A stretch of 32,000 nucleotides of DNA, taken from assembly GCA_944384025.1 (NCBI GenBank), contig CALWRS010000011.1, forward strand, positions 19,538 through 51,537, in the 5' to 3' direction. The notes under the pieces are model-generated. The model saw nothing but the letters and a program-made list of their open reading frames with translations. It did no database searches and was not told the DNA's origin. The stretch is from an uncultured Lachnospiraceae bacterium (lineage in GTDB: Bacteria; Bacillota; Clostridia; Lachnospirales; Lachnospiraceae). Made by a program: the position numbers and the translations under genes. Below are positions 23,617 through 32,000 of the stretch, piece by piece (position 1 is the stretch's first letter; each line of letters begins with the position of its first letter).

Positions 23617-24198
23617 GTGCGAAAAAAATGGAACGCTTCTCTTACGGTGGAAGCCGCTTTTCTCGTGCCGATCGTTATTGGCATCTTGGTTTTTCTTATT
23701 GAGGCGGCGCTTTATTGCAGGGATTTGGCCGTAGCAAAGGCGGTCTTAACAAAGGAAGTCAGCCAAGGGACGGCGTTTATGGATTACGACGTCTATCCGG
23801 GCACGGATTATGTACTTTATGAGCGCCTTTTGGCGGAAGGCTTCTTTTCCCGCCTGCTTGACAAAGAAACCGAGGAGGTAGAGCAGATTTTAGCGCTTCG
23901 GCTGCAGCAGGAGCTCTCTTCCGCGTTTTTGTTCGCCGATGCGCAGGAAGTGCAGGTGAAGGCGGACGGCAGCCGGCTTACGATGAGCTTTAAGTTAAAC
24001 GGGCAAAGAAGCCTTTTGGACCTTGGCGGTATGGGCGGAGACTTCTTTTGCAGGGAAGTTCGGGTTTCGGAAACTTGTACGGACGCCTCTATGTGGAACC
24101 GAATTGTAACACTTGTATTAAGAACCGGCGAGAGAATTTCCGGTGTTTCGGAAGTGATGCAGAAAATTGAGGAGTTTTTCTCTTGGCTTGGAAAGTGA
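23617..24198 (+). CDS. TadE-like pseudopilin / minor pilin
   Basis: N-terminus RKKWNASLTVEAAFLVPIVIGILVFLIEAALY matches the TadE-like motif. GTG start 3 nt after the tadV stop. Confidence 0.65.
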   Translation: MRKKWNASLTVEAAFLVPIVIGILVFLIEAALYCRDLAVAKAVLTKEVSQGTAFMDYDVYPGTDYVLYERLLAEGFFSRLLDKETEEVEQILALRLQQELSSAFLFADAQEVQVKADGSRLTMSFKLNGQRSLLDLGGMGGDFFCREVRVSETCTDASMWNRIVTLVLRTGERISGVSEVMQKIEEFFSWLGK

Positions 24199-24209
24199 GG
24201 AGGGACGCT

Positions 24210-24932
24210 ATGTTTGAGATAATGACATCGATGGAACGGCGGTGGCTGTTTGTCGAAAACAACGGGTGCCCGGGCGGTTACGAGGAGCAGATGCTTCGGC
24301 ATAACCGGCCGGACGGGCTTTTGCCCATGGAGATTTTTGTGTGGGGAGGAAAGAAGCAGTATCGTTACGAAGTGACCGGCTGCAAAAATCTGACGGAAAT
24401 CATGGCGGGGAAAAAAGTAACGGGGGAAATGATGCAGGCGCTCTTTTCCGAAATGTTTTCCTGCGTTATGAAAGGGAAACGGTACTTGCTGTTAGAGGAT
24501 AATTATTGCATTGCCCCGGAGAGCATCTTTTTTCGCGAGAGCGACCAAAAGCTGTTTTTGTGCTACGTTCCGGGCTTCCAAAAACCGCTGCTGCAGCAAA
24601 TGCAGCGATTGTCGGAATGGATATTGGAGCATTTGGACGTGCAGGATAGCCAAGCCGTATACCAAGGGTATGCGATGCATATGCTTTGCCGGGAGGGCAA
24701 AACAAGCTTTCAGGAGCTTTTGAACTTGTTTGTGACGGCAGCCCCGCCGCCTCCGACCGTTGTGCAAAACCCGCCCGCGCCGTATGAAATCGCGGAATGT
24801 GCGAAAATAAGGCCGCAGGAAGAAGGCGTTGCAAAAAAGAAAACGGGAGCCGGGCGCGCTTTTGGCAGGCGACTTTTGGAGGGGTTGTTGCTTTTGGTCG
24901 TTGCAGGAATATTGGTTTACATGCTTCCGTAA
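24210..24932 (+). CDS. Hypothetical protein with a C-terminal TM anchor; last gene of the tad cluster
   Basis: ATG 24210 follows GAGGAGGGA. It has a soluble N-terminal domain, a Pro-rich linker AAPPPPTVVQNPPAPYE, and the TM helix LLEGLLLLVVAGILVYML at the C-terminus. No family recognised with confidence. Confidence 0.55.
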   Translation: MFEIMTSMERRWLFVENNGCPGGYEEQMLRHNRPDGLLPMEIFVWGGKKQYRYEVTGCKNLTEIMAGKKVTGEMMQALFSEMFSCVMKGKRYLLLEDNYCIAPESIFFRESDQKLFLCYVPGFQKPLLQQMQRLSEWILEHLDVQDSQAVYQGYAMHMLCREGKTSFQELLNLFVTAAPPPPTVVQNPPAPYEIAECAKIRPQEEGVAKKKTGAGRAFGRRLLEGLLLLVVAGILVYMLP

Positions 24933-24952
24933 GCCTCGGGTGCGCAAAATGC

Positions 24953-24981
24953 TTGACAATGAGGAAGAAAGCCGGTATACT
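24953..24981 (+). promoter_or_regulatory. Promoter of the SRP RNA gene
   Basis: TTGACA (24953-24958), a 17-nt spacer, TATACT (24976-24981). Confidence 0.7.
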
Positions 24982-24987
24982 GAAAAA

Positions 24988-25257
24988 GCCGTGCAGCCGG
25001 GGAGATAGCGGTGCCCTGTACCTGCAATCCGCTATAGCAGGGGTGATGACACGTCGAGGGCTGCTCAATTCGAAGCCGCCCGCAGAAAGTGATGTTGACG
25101 CTTGGGTCTTATGCAACAGGAATCTATGAACCGTGTCAGGGTAGGAATACAGCAGCACTAAGTAGACACTCTTGTGTGACATAAGGCAGCCTGAGCCGAG
25201 TTAACTGCTGCGGTAACGTTCGGAAAGACAGCTCGACACGTGTCGCACGGTTTTTTT
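24988..25257 (+). ncRNA. ffs: Signal recognition particle RNA, long (Bacillus-type, Alu domain-containing) form
   Basis: Alu-domain sequence GATAGCGGTGCCCTGTACCTGCAATCCGCTATAGCAGGGG. Helix 8 motif GTGTCAGG-GTA-GGAA-TAC-AGCAGCACTAAG (GGAA tetraloop, conserved CAGG / AGCAGC loops). The 5' GCCGTGC pairs with the 3' GCACGG, followed by TTTTTTT. Confidence 0.88.
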
Positions 25258-25292
25258 GTCCCCTTTTTTAGAATCCGCACATGCGGATTTAC

Positions 25293-25321
25293 TTGCGGGA
25301 CGTGAAGATTCGTGATATGAT
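25293..25321 (+). promoter_or_regulatory. Candidate promoter (extended -10) for the 25441-31837 gene string
   Basis: TTGCGG (25293-25298), a 17-nt spacer ending in TGA, TATGAT (25316-25321). Confidence 0.5.
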
Positions 25322-25349
25322 GTACTGTGGAGGTTCGGATAGGAATTAT

Positions 25350-25399
25350 GTCGGCAAAAGCCGACCCGAATCCCGCGCCAAGACTCGCGAGCGAGTCTT
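25350..25399 (+). repeat. Bipartite hairpin-linker-hairpin element, copy C (5' leader)
   Basis: GTCGGC-AAAA-GCCGAC, then CCGAATCCCGCGCC, then AAGACTCGC-GA-GCGAGTCTT. The linker is identical to copy A and the stem changes are compensatory. Confidence 0.7.
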
Positions 25400-25440
25400 G
25401 AATTTTAAAAACGAACCGGAAATGAACAAGATAGGAGCAG

Positions 25441-26523
25441 TTGAAAGGTATGATGTTGACAACAGCATCAAAAGTAAGCGCCGCTAAGCGTTTTGCGCGA
25501 AACGGACAATATGCGGAGGCGGCGGCCATTGTGGAAAAAATTCGCCTTGCAAAAGTCTCGTCCGTTCACGAACTGAGTACCTTAGCAAGCATCTTGCTTC
25601 GGTTAAAAAGGTACGAGGAAGCAAAGAAAATTTACTTGGAAATGTATTCGCGTGCGAAGACACATAAGGTGATGGTGGGGCTTATCGATCTTTGCCTAAA
25701 GACGCAGGAGCCAAAGCAGGCGGAGCGGTTTTTGCGGGAGTTTCGCAAGATGGAGCCGGAAAATCCGGAGCGCTTAGTGTTCCGCTACCGCGTAGACTGT
25801 ATGCTTGGAAAGAGCAACGAGTATCTTTTAAAGAGCCTTACCAAGCTAAAGGAAGAAGATTATACGGACATTTGGGCGCTGGAGCTCGCAAAAGTATACT
25901 TTAAAGAGAACGATATGGTGGCATGTGCAAAAGAATGCCGCGATATCCTTTTGTGGTTCCCAGATTCGGAAGTTGTGCCAAAAGCAAAGGTGCTGCTTGG
26001 CGCATGTGAAGACGTTTTCGAAGAAAACGAAGCGCAAATGCCGGAAGAGCCGGAAGCGGCCAAACAGACTGCTGCCGCAAACAGCGTAGAAGTTGTAGAA
26101 ATTACAAATCCGAAAACCGCAGATTTAAGCGAAGAAAAAAACGAGCCGGTAGTGACACCGGAAAAAATAGAATACGACCGCATTTTGTTTGACGATGACG
26201 ATGATGACGACGATGACGACGAATACGTCATTCGGGATTACTTTGTTTCGCCGGAGGAAAAAGAGAAGGCTCCGGAAGCCGAAGCGTGGATGCAGGAAGT
26301 AACTTTTTCGGAAGCGGACACTTTAGAAGCCAAAGCGCCGGAAATTGACCTTTCGGAAGACGCGCCGTCAGAAGATACTTCGGAACCGGAAGAAGCGCTG
26401 CAGGAAGCTTCTACGGAGCACGAATTAACGGAGGCAGCGATTGCCGCTATGGATCATGAGGACGACGATGCAATTGAACGCGCCTTGTATGAACTTTTGA
26501 AAAAGAGCGAAAAGGAGAGCTAA
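25441..26523 (+). CDS. TPR-like helical-repeat protein with a long acidic C-terminal half including a poly-Asp run
   Basis: The N-terminal ~190 aa show helical-repeat character (NGQYAEAAAIVEKI, LKRYEEAKKIYLEMY, QEPKQAERFLREFRKMEPENPE). The C-terminal half is Glu/Asp/Pro/Ala-rich, with consecutive Asp codons at 26191-26220. The start is TTG 25441 (5 nt after AGGAG) or ATG 25450. Confidence 0.55.
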   Translation: MKGMMLTTASKVSAAKRFARNGQYAEAAAIVEKIRLAKVSSVHELSTLASILLRLKRYEEAKKIYLEMYSRAKTHKVMVGLIDLCLKTQEPKQAERFLREFRKMEPENPERLVFRYRVDCMLGKSNEYLLKSLTKLKEEDYTDIWALELAKVYFKENDMVACAKECRDILLWFPDSEVVPKAKVLLGACEDVFEENEAQMPEEPEAAKQTAAANSVEVVEITNPKTADLSEEKNEPVVTPEKIEYDRILFDDDDDDDDDDEYVIRDYFVSPEEKEKAPEAEAWMQEVTFSEADTLEAKAPEIDLSEDAPSEDTSEPEEALQEASTEHELTEAAIAAMDHEDDDAIERALYELLKKSEKES

Positions 26524-26525
26524 GG

Positions 26526-27089
26526 ATGCAAAAACAGGTTTGGAAGCCGGGCAACATGCTGTATCCGCTTCCGGTTGTCTTAGTAAGCTGTCAGGGGAAA
26601 GAGAAAAAACCAAATATGATTACCATTGCGTGGACGGGGACGATTTGTTCCGACCCGCCAATGGTTTCCATTTCAGTGCGAAAGGAGCGCTACTCCTACC
26701 GGCTCATTAAAGAGTCCGGAGAGTTTGTCATTAACCTGACGACGGAAGAAATGGTTCGCGCAACGGACTATTGCGGCGTTCGCTCCGGAAGCAAGCACGA
26801 CAAATTCGCAGAAACGGGTCTGACGCCTGCGCCTTCTTCGGTTGTGAGTGCACCTATGATTTTAGAAGCGCCGGTTTCTATTGAGTGCCGCGTTCGGGAC
26901 GTGATCAGCCTTGGCAGTCACGACATGTTTTTGGCGGATGTTGTCGCGGTAAACGCCGCGCAGGAATATATGGATGAGTCGGGACGGTTTGATCTTGCAA
27001 AGGCGAATCCGATTGTTTATTCTCACGGAACTTATTACGCGCTTGGAAAAGAACTGGGAACTTTTGGGTATTCCGTGAAGAAAAGCTGA
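26526..27089 (+). CDS. Flavin reductase-like (FMN-binding split-barrel) protein
   Basis: YPLPVVLVSC...NMITIAWTGTICSDPPMVSISVRKERYSYRLIKESGEFVINL is typical of the flavin reductase-like domain family. 187 aa. Confidence 0.7.
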   Translation: MQKQVWKPGNMLYPLPVVLVSCQGKEKKPNMITIAWTGTICSDPPMVSISVRKERYSYRLIKESGEFVINLTTEEMVRATDYCGVRSGSKHDKFAETGLTPAPSSVVSAPMILEAPVSIECRVRDVISLGSHDMFLADVVAVNAAQEYMDESGRFDLAKANPIVYSHGTYYALGKELGTFGYSVKKS

Positions 27090-27115
27090 AGGCGTTGGGA
27101 GAGAGGAGAAAGAAC

Positions 27116-28402
27116 ATGAACGAGTATCTTATAGAAGGCGGGAAAGCTTTGGCGGGCGAAGTCACCATTGGCGGTGCAAAAAACGCTGCGCTTGGCATTT
27201 TGGCTGCCGCCATTATGACGGATGAAGAAGTGACGATTGAAAATCTGCCAAACGTAAGCGATATTAATGTGCTGCTGGAAGCGATTGCCGGTATCGGCGC
27301 TACGGTAAAACGTCTGGACGAACACACGGTGCGCATGAGCGGAAGGACGATCACCTCAGAGACGGTGGATTCGGAATATATTCAAAAAATTCGCGCCTCT
27401 TACTACTTGCTTGGAGCGCTTCTTGGAAAGCGCGGGAAGGCTACGGTTGCTATGCCCGGCGGCTGCAACATTGGAGCAAGGCCGATGGATCAGCACTTAA
27501 AAGGGCTTCGCGCACTTGGGGCGGAAGTAGTTACGGAAAACGGCTTTATTAAAGCGAAGGCAGAGGAAATGCGCGGGACGCATATATTCCTTGACGTAGT
27601 AAGCGTTGGCGCGACGATCAACATTATGCTTGCCGCCGTAATGACGCAGGGAATGACAATTATCGAAAACGTAGCGAAGGAGCCGCATATTGTAGACGTG
27701 GCGAACTTCTTAAACAGTATGGGCGCAAACATTAAAGGAGCAGGAACGGACGTTATCCGCATCCGCGGCGTAAGCCAGCTTCATGCAAGCACGTACTCGA
27801 TCATCCCCGACCAGATTGAAGCGGGCACGTTTATGTGCCTTGCCGTTGCGACAAAAGGAGATATCCTCCTAAAGAACGTAATTCCGAAGCACTTAGAGGC
27901 TATTACGGCCAAGCTTGTGGAAATTGGCGCTGAAGTGCGGGAAAACGACGACTCCATCCGCGTTGTAGCTACGCGCCGCCTGCGCGCGACGCAGGTAAAG
28001 ACGCGCGTTTATCCGGGCTTTCCGACCGATATGCAGCCGCAAATGGCGACGGTGCTTACGCTCTCGCGCGGGATATCGACGGTTACGGAGAGCATTTTCG
28101 AGAATCGGTTCCTTTATGTGGCCGAGCTGCTTAAAATGGGAGCGAAGGTTTCTGTGGAAGGAAACGTGGCGGTTATTGAAGGCGTAGAAGAGCTTGCGGG
28201 CGCGGCGCTTGACGCGCCGGATTTGCGCGCGGGCGCGGCATTGACGATTGCAGCGCTTGCCGCGAAAGGAAAGAGCACTATCCGCCAGATTGAATATATT
28301 GAACGCGGATACGAAAACTTTGAAGGCAAATTGCGCGAGCTTGGCGCAAGCATTACGAAGCAGCCTGTGAAGGGGAGAGGCAAGGCGTCCGGCATTGCCT
28401 AA
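27116..28402 (+). CDS. murA: UDP-N-acetylglucosamine 1-carboxyvinyltransferase
   Basis: [41 protein letters not shown] (active-site Cys loop), [24 protein letters not shown] 27116 follows GAGAGGAG. Confidence 0.93.
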   Translation: MNEYLIEGGKALAGEVTIGGAKNAALGILAAAIMTDEEVTIENLPNVSDINVLLEAIAGIGATVKRLDEHTVRMSGRTITSETVDSEYIQKIRASYYLLGALLGKRGKATVAMPGGCNIGARPMDQHLKGLRALGAEVVTENGFIKAKAEEMRGTHIFLDVVSVGATINIMLAAVMTQGMTIIENVAKEPHIVDVANFLNSMGANIKGAGTDVIRIRGVSQLHASTYSIIPDQIEAGTFMCLAVATKGDILLKNVIPKHLEAITAKLVEIGAEVRENDDSIRVVATRRLRATQVKTRVYPGFPTDMQPQMATVLTLSRGISTVTESIFENRFLYVAELLKMGAKVSVEGNVAVIEGVEELAGAALDAPDLRAGAALTIAALAAKGKSTIRQIEYIERGYENFEGKLRELGASITKQPVKGRGKASGIA

Positions 28403-28433
28403 ACAGGCAGGAGAAAGCGAGGAGGAAACGCTG

Positions 28434-29621
28434 ATGGACAAGCTACTTTTTACATCGGAGTCTGTAACGGAGGGACATCCTGATAAAATATGCGACCAAA
28501 TATCCGATGCGGTTTTGGACGCAATGTTGGAGCAAGACCCTATGAGCCGCGTTGCCTGCGAAACGGCAATCACGACCGGGTTAGTGCTTGTTATGGGAGA
28601 AATTACTACGGAAGGCTACGTAGATATTCAAAAAGTTGTGCGCGATACGGTGCGCGAGATTGGCTACGACAGAGCGAAGTACGGGTTTGACGCAGACACT
28701 TGCGGCGTGATTGTCGCGCTTGACGAGCAGTCGCCGGATATTGCGATGGGTGTCAATCGGGCGCTGGAAGCAAAAAAAGGAGAGCTCTCGGAAGATGACA
28801 TTGCGGCGATTGGAGCGGGCGATCAGGGCATGATGTTCGGATACGCTACAAACGAAACGCCGGAGTATATGCCGTATCCGATTTCGTTAGCGCACAAGCT
28901 TACGAAACGGTTAGCGCAGGTGCGAAAAGACCGGACGCTTCCTTATTTGCGGCCGGACGGAAAGTCGCAGGTAACGGTGGAATACGACCAAGACGGGAAG
29001 CCGGTTCACTTAAACGCGGTTGTGCTTTCCACACAGCACGATCCGGATGTTACGCAGGAGCAAATCCATGCGGATATCCGAAAGCATGTCCTAGAGCCGG
29101 TGCTTCCTGCAAATCTCTGGGATGAGAAGACAAAAATATACATTAACCCGACCGGACGATTCGTTATTGGCGGACCAAACGGTGACTCCGGGTTGACTGG
29201 CAGAAAAATTATTGTAGATACTTACGGCGGATACGCCCGTCACGGAGGCGGCGCGTTCAGCGGCAAAGACTGCACGAAGGTAGACCGCTCCGCTGCATAC
29301 GCTGCGCGGTACGTGGCGAAAAACCTTGTGGCGGCAGGCCTTGCCGACAAGGCGGAAGTACAGCTTTCCTACGCGATTGGCGTTGCGGAGCCTACGTCGG
29401 TAAATATCGACACCTTCGGCACGGGACGCTTAGACGGCGAGACGCTCGTGCGGATTGTGCGCGAAAACTTCGACCTGCGTCCGGCAGGAATTATCCGGAT
29501 GCTTGATTTGCGGCGGCCAATCTACCGGCAGACGGCGGCGTACGGACACTTTGGAAGAACGGATTTGGATCTTCCATGGGAGAAGCTTGACCGGGTGGAA
29601 ACCTTGAAGAAATACCTGTAA
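28434..29621 (+). CDS. metK: S-adenosylmethionine synthetase
   Basis: [57 protein letters not shown] 28434 follows GAGGAGG. Confidence 0.95.
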   Translation: MDKLLFTSESVTEGHPDKICDQISDAVLDAMLEQDPMSRVACETAITTGLVLVMGEITTEGYVDIQKVVRDTVREIGYDRAKYGFDADTCGVIVALDEQSPDIAMGVNRALEAKKGELSEDDIAAIGAGDQGMMFGYATNETPEYMPYPISLAHKLTKRLAQVRKDRTLPYLRPDGKSQVTVEYDQDGKPVHLNAVVLSTQHDPDVTQEQIHADIRKHVLEPVLPANLWDEKTKIYINPTGRFVIGGPNGDSGLTGRKIIVDTYGGYARHGGGAFSGKDCTKVDRSAAYAARYVAKNLVAAGLADKAEVQLSYAIGVAEPTSVNIDTFGTGRLDGETLVRIVRENFDLRPAGIIRMLDLRRPIYRQTAAYGHFGRTDLDLPWEKLDRVETLKKYL

Positions 29622-29624
29622 AAC

Positions 29625-31163
29625 ATGAGCATTAAAAAACGAATTACCGTTGCGGTTGCAATTATTTGCCTGATACCGGTTTTGTTAATTACGTTAACGT
29701 GCCGGATGATTATTGAGTACCACATGCAAAGCATTGCTACGGTTTACGACGTGGAAACGGACACGGTGACCGTTTTGCAAAACCCGATGCTTTTGTACGC
29801 GAACCTGACCCGACAGGATTATTTCGATTTGCGCAACGTGACGCTGTACGACTCGGAGAAACTTGACGATACAGCGTATTTGGAGTCGGTCAACGAACAA
29901 TTGCAGGAGAAATACTCGTTTTTGGTTCTGCGAAGAAGCACGGACGTTATCGTATACTGCGGAGACTGGAATACGTTTGGGCAGATGCGGGACAATTTGC
30001 CTGCGTTTGGCAACAACTACGTAAACGGGGAAATCGGCATCTATATCAGCGGAAATTATCCAACGCTCATTAAACAGCTGGACTACATAAGCGAAGACGG
30101 AGTGCCTTACAGCCTGTTTATTATTACGGACGTAAACAATTTGCTTCCGCAGGTAAAGGATTTCGCCGTACAGGTTGTAATTTCCTTTTTGCTCATACTT
30201 TTGCTTACGGCGGTGCTTTTGATTGTCTGGCTGTACCAAAGCATTGTCCGACCGTTGGGCGTTTTGCGTGTGGCGGCAAATTTAATTGCGGACGGAAACC
30301 TAGAGTACGCCATTCCGATTCGCGAAGGAGACGAAATCGGGCAGCTGCAAAAGGATTTCGAGGTGATGCGTCTGCATTTGAAAGATATGAACGACAAGCA
30401 GCTTTCTCACGAGCAGGCTTCCCGGACGATGCTAAGCAACGTCACGCACGATTTGAAGACGCCGCTAACGGCCATTAAAGGGTATTCCGAGGGGCTGCTT
30501 GACGGTGTGGCGGACACGCCCGAAAAGCAGGAAAAATACTTGCGGACCATTTATGCGAAGGCCTGCGCGATGGAGCAGCTTGTGGACGAGCTCTCTTTCT
30601 TTTCTAAAATCGATAACGAACGGATGCTTTACAATTTCCAGACAGTTCCCATCAAAGAGTATTTGCTGGACTGCATCGACGAGATAAGTCTGGATTTGGA
30701 AGTGCAAGGCATTACGCTGAACTTTACGTGCAGCTGCGCAGACGACGTTCGGGCGGTTATCGACCCGGAGCAGATTCGTCGGGTTATCAACAATATCATT
30801 GGGAATTCCGTCAAATACATGGACAAGGAAAAGGGAGAAGTAACCTTGCGCGTTTTGTGCGACAAGGACATGATTTGGATTACCGTAGAAGACAACGGTT
30901 CCGGAATCAAGAAAAAAGATCTGCCTCACATTTTTGAGCGCTTTTACCGTGGGGACATGGCAAGAGGGACGAAAAAAGGAGGCACCGGGTTGGGACTTTC
31001 TATCGTACAGTCGATTGTAAAAGATCATGGGGGTGCAATCGAGGCAAACAGTGTGGAAGGCAAAGGCACTGCCATTCGATTTTCCGTACCAAGGCAGCAG
31101 GACGCTGCGGCGCAGGATGTCGATAAAGAAGCCGGAAAGAGGAAACTATGGATAAAATCCTGA
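29625..31163 (+). CDS. Sensor histidine kinase (2 TM, extracytoplasmic sensor, HAMP, HisKA, HATPase_c)
   Basis: TM1 VAVAIICLIPVLLITL and TM2 VVISFLLILLLTAVLLIVWL, with a HAMP segment after TM2. H-box SNVTHDLKTPLTAIKGY, N-box INNIIGNSVKY, G1 EDNGSGI, G2 GGTGLGLSIV. Confidence 0.9.
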   Translation: MSIKKRITVAVAIICLIPVLLITLTCRMIIEYHMQSIATVYDVETDTVTVLQNPMLLYANLTRQDYFDLRNVTLYDSEKLDDTAYLESVNEQLQEKYSFLVLRRSTDVIVYCGDWNTFGQMRDNLPAFGNNYVNGEIGIYISGNYPTLIKQLDYISEDGVPYSLFIITDVNNLLPQVKDFAVQVVISFLLILLLTAVLLIVWLYQSIVRPLGVLRVAANLIADGNLEYAIPIREGDEIGQLQKDFEVMRLHLKDMNDKQLSHEQASRTMLSNVTHDLKTPLTAIKGYSEGLLDGVADTPEKQEKYLRTIYAKACAMEQLVDELSFFSKIDNERMLYNFQTVPIKEYLLDCIDEISLDLEVQGITLNFTCSCADDVRAVIDPEQIRRVINNIIGNSVKYMDKEKGEVTLRVLCDKDMIWITVEDNGSGIKKKDLPHIFERFYRGDMARGTKKGGTGLGLSIVQSIVKDHGGAIEANSVEGKGTAIRFSVPRQQDAAAQDVDKEAGKRKLWIKS

Positions 31164-31837
31164 TTATTGAGGACGAAGACGCGATTGCGGAGCTGGAAAA
31201 GGATTACTTGCAGCTGTCCGGATTTGACGTGACGATGGAGGGCGACGGAGAGCTTGGTCTGCGCCGTGCGCTTGAGGAAGATTTCAGCCTGATTGTTCTT
31301 GATTTGATGCTGCCGGGCATGGATGGCTTTGAGATATGCCGCCGCGTTCGGGAAATTAAAAACATCCCCATTTTGATGGTCTCTGCAAAGAAAGAAGACA
31401 TCGACAAAATTCGCGGGCTTGGGATGGGCGCGGACGATTATATGACAAAGCCTTTTAGCCCAAGCGAACTTGTTGCGCGCGTAAAAGCTCACTTAAGCCG
31501 TTACAAACGGCTTGTGGGAACGGACGAAAAGCACAACGACGTGATTGAAATTCGCGGTCTTCGCATTGACAAAACGTCGCGCCGCGTTTATCTGAACGGG
31601 GAAGAGAAGAACTTTACGACAAAGGAGTTTGACCTGCTTACGTTTCTTGCGGAAAATCCGAATCACGTATTTACGAAAGCGGAGCTGTTTCGCAACATTT
31701 GGGAGATGGAGTCCGTTGGCGACATTGCCACAGTAACGGTGCATATAAAGAAAATTCGTGAAAAAATTGAAATGAATACGGCAAAGCCGCAATACATTGA
31801 AACAATTTGGGGCGTGGGTTACCGGTTTAAAGTCTGA
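31148..31837 (+). CDS. OmpR/PhoB-family response regulator
   Basis: Receiver domain MDKILIIEDED...LIVLDLMLPGMDG...MVSAK. Winged-helix output domain LTTKEFDLLTFLAENPNHVFTK...YIETIWGVGYRF. It overlaps the kinase gene by 16 nt. Confidence 0.92.
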   Translation: MDKILIIEDEDAIAELEKDYLQLSGFDVTMEGDGELGLRRALEEDFSLIVLDLMLPGMDGFEICRRVREIKNIPILMVSAKKEDIDKIRGLGMGADDYMTKPFSPSELVARVKAHLSRYKRLVGTDEKHNDVIEIRGLRIDKTSRRVYLNGEEKNFTTKEFDLLTFLAENPNHVFTKAELFRNIWEMESVGDIATVTVHIKKIREKIEMNTAKPQYIETIWGVGYRFKV

Positions 31838-31887
31838 CCCCCCGCCAGTTCCTTACGACACCTGTTTTTCGGTAGGGAGGGAAGAAG

Positions 31888-32000
31888 ATGCGTAAAAAAT
31901 TGCTTGTATTCGGATTCGTTGTTGCCATGCTTCTTGTCGGCTGCAAAACTACGGAGGAAGCCGCGCAGGATGCGGACGTGATTGTTGTGCAGCCAACAAA
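31888..32000 (+). CDS. Lipoprotein, N-terminal fragment (continues beyond the window)
   Basis: MRKKLLVFGFVVAMLLVGCKTTEE carries a signal peptide with lipobox LLVGC. RBS GGGAGGGAAG. Confidence 0.6.
   Translation, partial: MRKKLLVFGFVVAMLLVGCKTTEEAAQDADVIVVQPT

Noticed and set aside
24797-25529. ORFs overlapping 24797-25529 on both strands
   Set aside because: The region is occupied by the SRP RNA gene (24988-25257), which has its own promoter and terminator, and by a non-coding leader. The ORFs lack RBSs and have no protein-like features.
28403-28433. A SAM-I riboswitch upstream of metK
   Set aside because: Only 31 nt of intergenic sequence are available, containing just the RBS. No S-box conserved elements were seen here or upstream of murA.

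Overview
This is a 32 kb chromosomal segment from a Gram-positive anaerobe, probably Bacillota, class Clostridia. That assignment is inferred from a T-box leader, gatCAB, a long Alu-containing SRP RNA, a secretin-less Tad/Flp locus and cohesin/dockerin modules. All protein-coding genes lie on the + strand; the only minus-strand feature is a tRNA-Leu. Gene order is as follows. (1) The 3' end of a dockerin protein, then a membrane-anchored cohesin plus cadherin-like surface protein, then gatC-gatA-gatB. (2) A convergent tRNA-Leu. (3) An AT-rich islet of decayed genes: a frameshifted small membrane protein, an ABC ATPase with its Walker B region deleted, and an FtsX permease with two nonsense codons. 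(4) A Met-specific T-box leader followed by an unusually long, hairpin-dense spacer, then metG, an FtsX-like permease, an ABC ATPase with degenerate catalytic motifs, and malQ. (5) A complete Gram-positive Tad/Flp pilus locus: tadZ-like, tadA, tadB, tadC, flp, a 753-aa membrane protein, a TadE-like protein with Cys/His modules, the prepilin peptidase, a second TadE-like protein and a 240-aa membrane protein. (6) SRP RNA. (7) A mixed operon: TPR/acidic protein, flavin reductase-like protein, murA, metK, sensor kinase, OmpR-type regulator. (8) The start of a lipoprotein gene. No integrase, transposase, CRISPR array or recognisable defence or toxin genes were seen. The least explained signals are: a repeated hairpin-linker-hairpin non-coding element with compensatory substitutions; the structured spacer between the T-box terminator and metG; a tRNA-Leu that folds by hand with anticodon AAG; the retained FtsX/ABC pair whose ATPase has lost its Q-loop, signature and H-loop residues; and uncharacterised Tad accessory proteins, notably a TadE-like N-terminus fused to tandem YH..C...CxxC modules. 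All calls come from reading the sequence and ORF translations. No database search was run.
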